DNA of 63,571 bases, filler included, from Stramenopiles sp. TOSAG23-6 (Eukaryota), in assembly GCA_900128565.1 (NCBI GenBank). It is 29 parts of 29 records of this genome, joined end to end, with 100 filler letters (N's around TTAATTAATTAA, not from the genome) between each part and the next. Parts side by side here need not be neighbours in the genome. Positions count along the whole stretch, not along the records: positions 61,491 to 63,571 come from LT638325.1; 28 more parts are not named here. The stretch is one strand, 5' to 3'. Every line of letters begins with the position of its first letter. The stretch's first letter is position 1. Position numbers and translations under genes: made by a program. Shown piece by piece: positions 62,180 through 63,571 of the stretch. The notes beneath the pieces were generated by a model. That model searched no databases, was not told where the DNA came from, and saw only the letters and a program-made list of their open reading frames with translations.

Positions 62180-63571
62180 CAAGCAAGATGTGCGTTTGTC
62201 ACTTTCAATGATGTACGAGATTACAGACGTGCTCTCACAATTTTTCCTACTTTGTGGACTGAGTGGTTGATTCAGCCATATAAATTACGTATTAAAAATG
62301 CTCATTCTATTCGAGAACGTTTTTATGTGCAAAAGACAACGGATCCGTCGAATTATATTTGGGATAACACCGGGATGAGCAAAACAGCTAGATGTTTACG
62401 TTCCTGTGTAAGTATTTTGGTGACTTTGATTGTTATAATTCTGTCGTGTGGTCTAATTTAGATCAAGCTGGAAGACCACCACCAAACGACCAGGGGTATA
62501 ATATATATACATACTTCCAGACCGATTATGAGAAAGCAAGGACAGGCTCAATTGCTTGTGTTTGTGAAAATATTATTGCAATGAATGGAGGAACTATTGG
62601 TGGTGGATATAGTCATGCGAAAGACTATGATTTTCGTAAAGATCAAATGGTTACTACAGCGATAACTGATAAATATGGACCAAGTGGTACTTCTCCTAAT
62701 CCTGGACTTATTAAAACATTCCAAGATGATTCGGCCGCGGGGAATAAAAAATGGACATTGTGTGATGATTGGATTAACACACAAATTAAATTACAAGTAT
62801 TTACGAGTTTATCGGTTGTGGGGGTTCTATTTGTTAATGTATTTTTGACTGTCGTGGTAGCGTATACAGTAATTTTCGAAAGGCATGTTTCAGTTACTAA
62901 TGCCACAGAAAGTAAATTCTATAAAGTACTGGCAACTACGTTTCTAAATACGGTATTAATTTTAATACTCGTAAATATGAATCTATCATACTTTAAAATT
63001 AATTTTACACGCTTACCAATATTCGCTGGTCTTTACGACGACTTTGTTCCAGGATGGTACTTTGAAGTGGGTGTTGGTCTTATTGTTATCATACTTTTTA
63101 ATATCTTAACAATCCCAGGACAATTTATGGCGATGTACGCATATAAATGGTTCCTAATTGTGCATGATAGAAAATATCAAATCCATCCTTGGACAAGTTT
63201 TGTTGGTATTGTGAGTCGCTGGTGTTTTACATGTGGGTGTAAACGAATACGCTGTTGTCGAAGCATAAAAGAAAAGATGGGGGAGTATGAAAAAGGTTGG
63301 CAAAGAAAAAGAATTTATAAAACGTCGACAAGATCGCAGCATGAGCTAGAATCATTGTTTATAGGCCTTGATTTCCCCCTGGCAGACAGGTATGCTCAAC
63401 TTTTGAATGTTGTATATGCAACAATTCTATTTTCCGCTGGTTTACCAATATTGATTCCTATCGGGTTTTTCACCATATTGGTTATGTTTTACACAGATAA
63501 ATTTGGATTTGCTCATTTTTATCGAACCCCACCGAAGTATGATGGCACCTTGGTCAATGCGGCAACTACAC
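62180..63571 (+). CDS. OSCA/TMEM63/anoctamin-like membrane channel fragment (frame break near 62460)
   Basis: CAFVTF and DPSNYIWDN, then a long open frame with GLYDDFVPGWYFEVG, DFPLADRYAQLL, FSAGLPILIP and YRTPPKYD. Confidence 0.7.

Overview
This window is a concatenation of about 30 short, AT-rich eukaryotic contigs joined by artificial N-TTAATTAATTAA-N spacers. The source is probably a flagellated protist (CFAP43 and IFT122 are present) and probably a single-cell or metagenomic assembly. It contains fragments of ordinary eukaryotic genes (TELO2, SRP68, CFAP43, IFT122, Vps55, CDP-DAG synthase, an inositol 5-phosphatase, FAD synthetase, a GT17 glycosyltransferase, a Lys2/NRPS-like reductase and others), tRNA-Asn(GTT), and two contigs that each appear twice. 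The main discovery is a large family of mostly 90-200 nt, sequence-related introner-like introns with the structure GTAYGT-poly(T)-TTCGTACGAAATTTTGTACCTAAC-spacer-AATATTTTTCCAAAATAC-NN. Most do not end in AG. Conserved protein motifs are restored in frame only when they are excised as GT-AT, GT-TT or GT-GT introns. The acceptor lies a nearly fixed 15 nt after an ATAT motif, and its last two bases usually copy the last two bases of the upstream exon, like a 2-bp target-site duplication. Some copies have AG at exactly the same position. This suggests transposon-derived introns spliced by an AG-independent, ruler-like 3' splice-site mechanism, which is an inference that needs RNA evidence. A second notable signal is an LRR membrane protein whose two copies are identical over about 1.4 kb upstream but diverge sharply within the LRRs.
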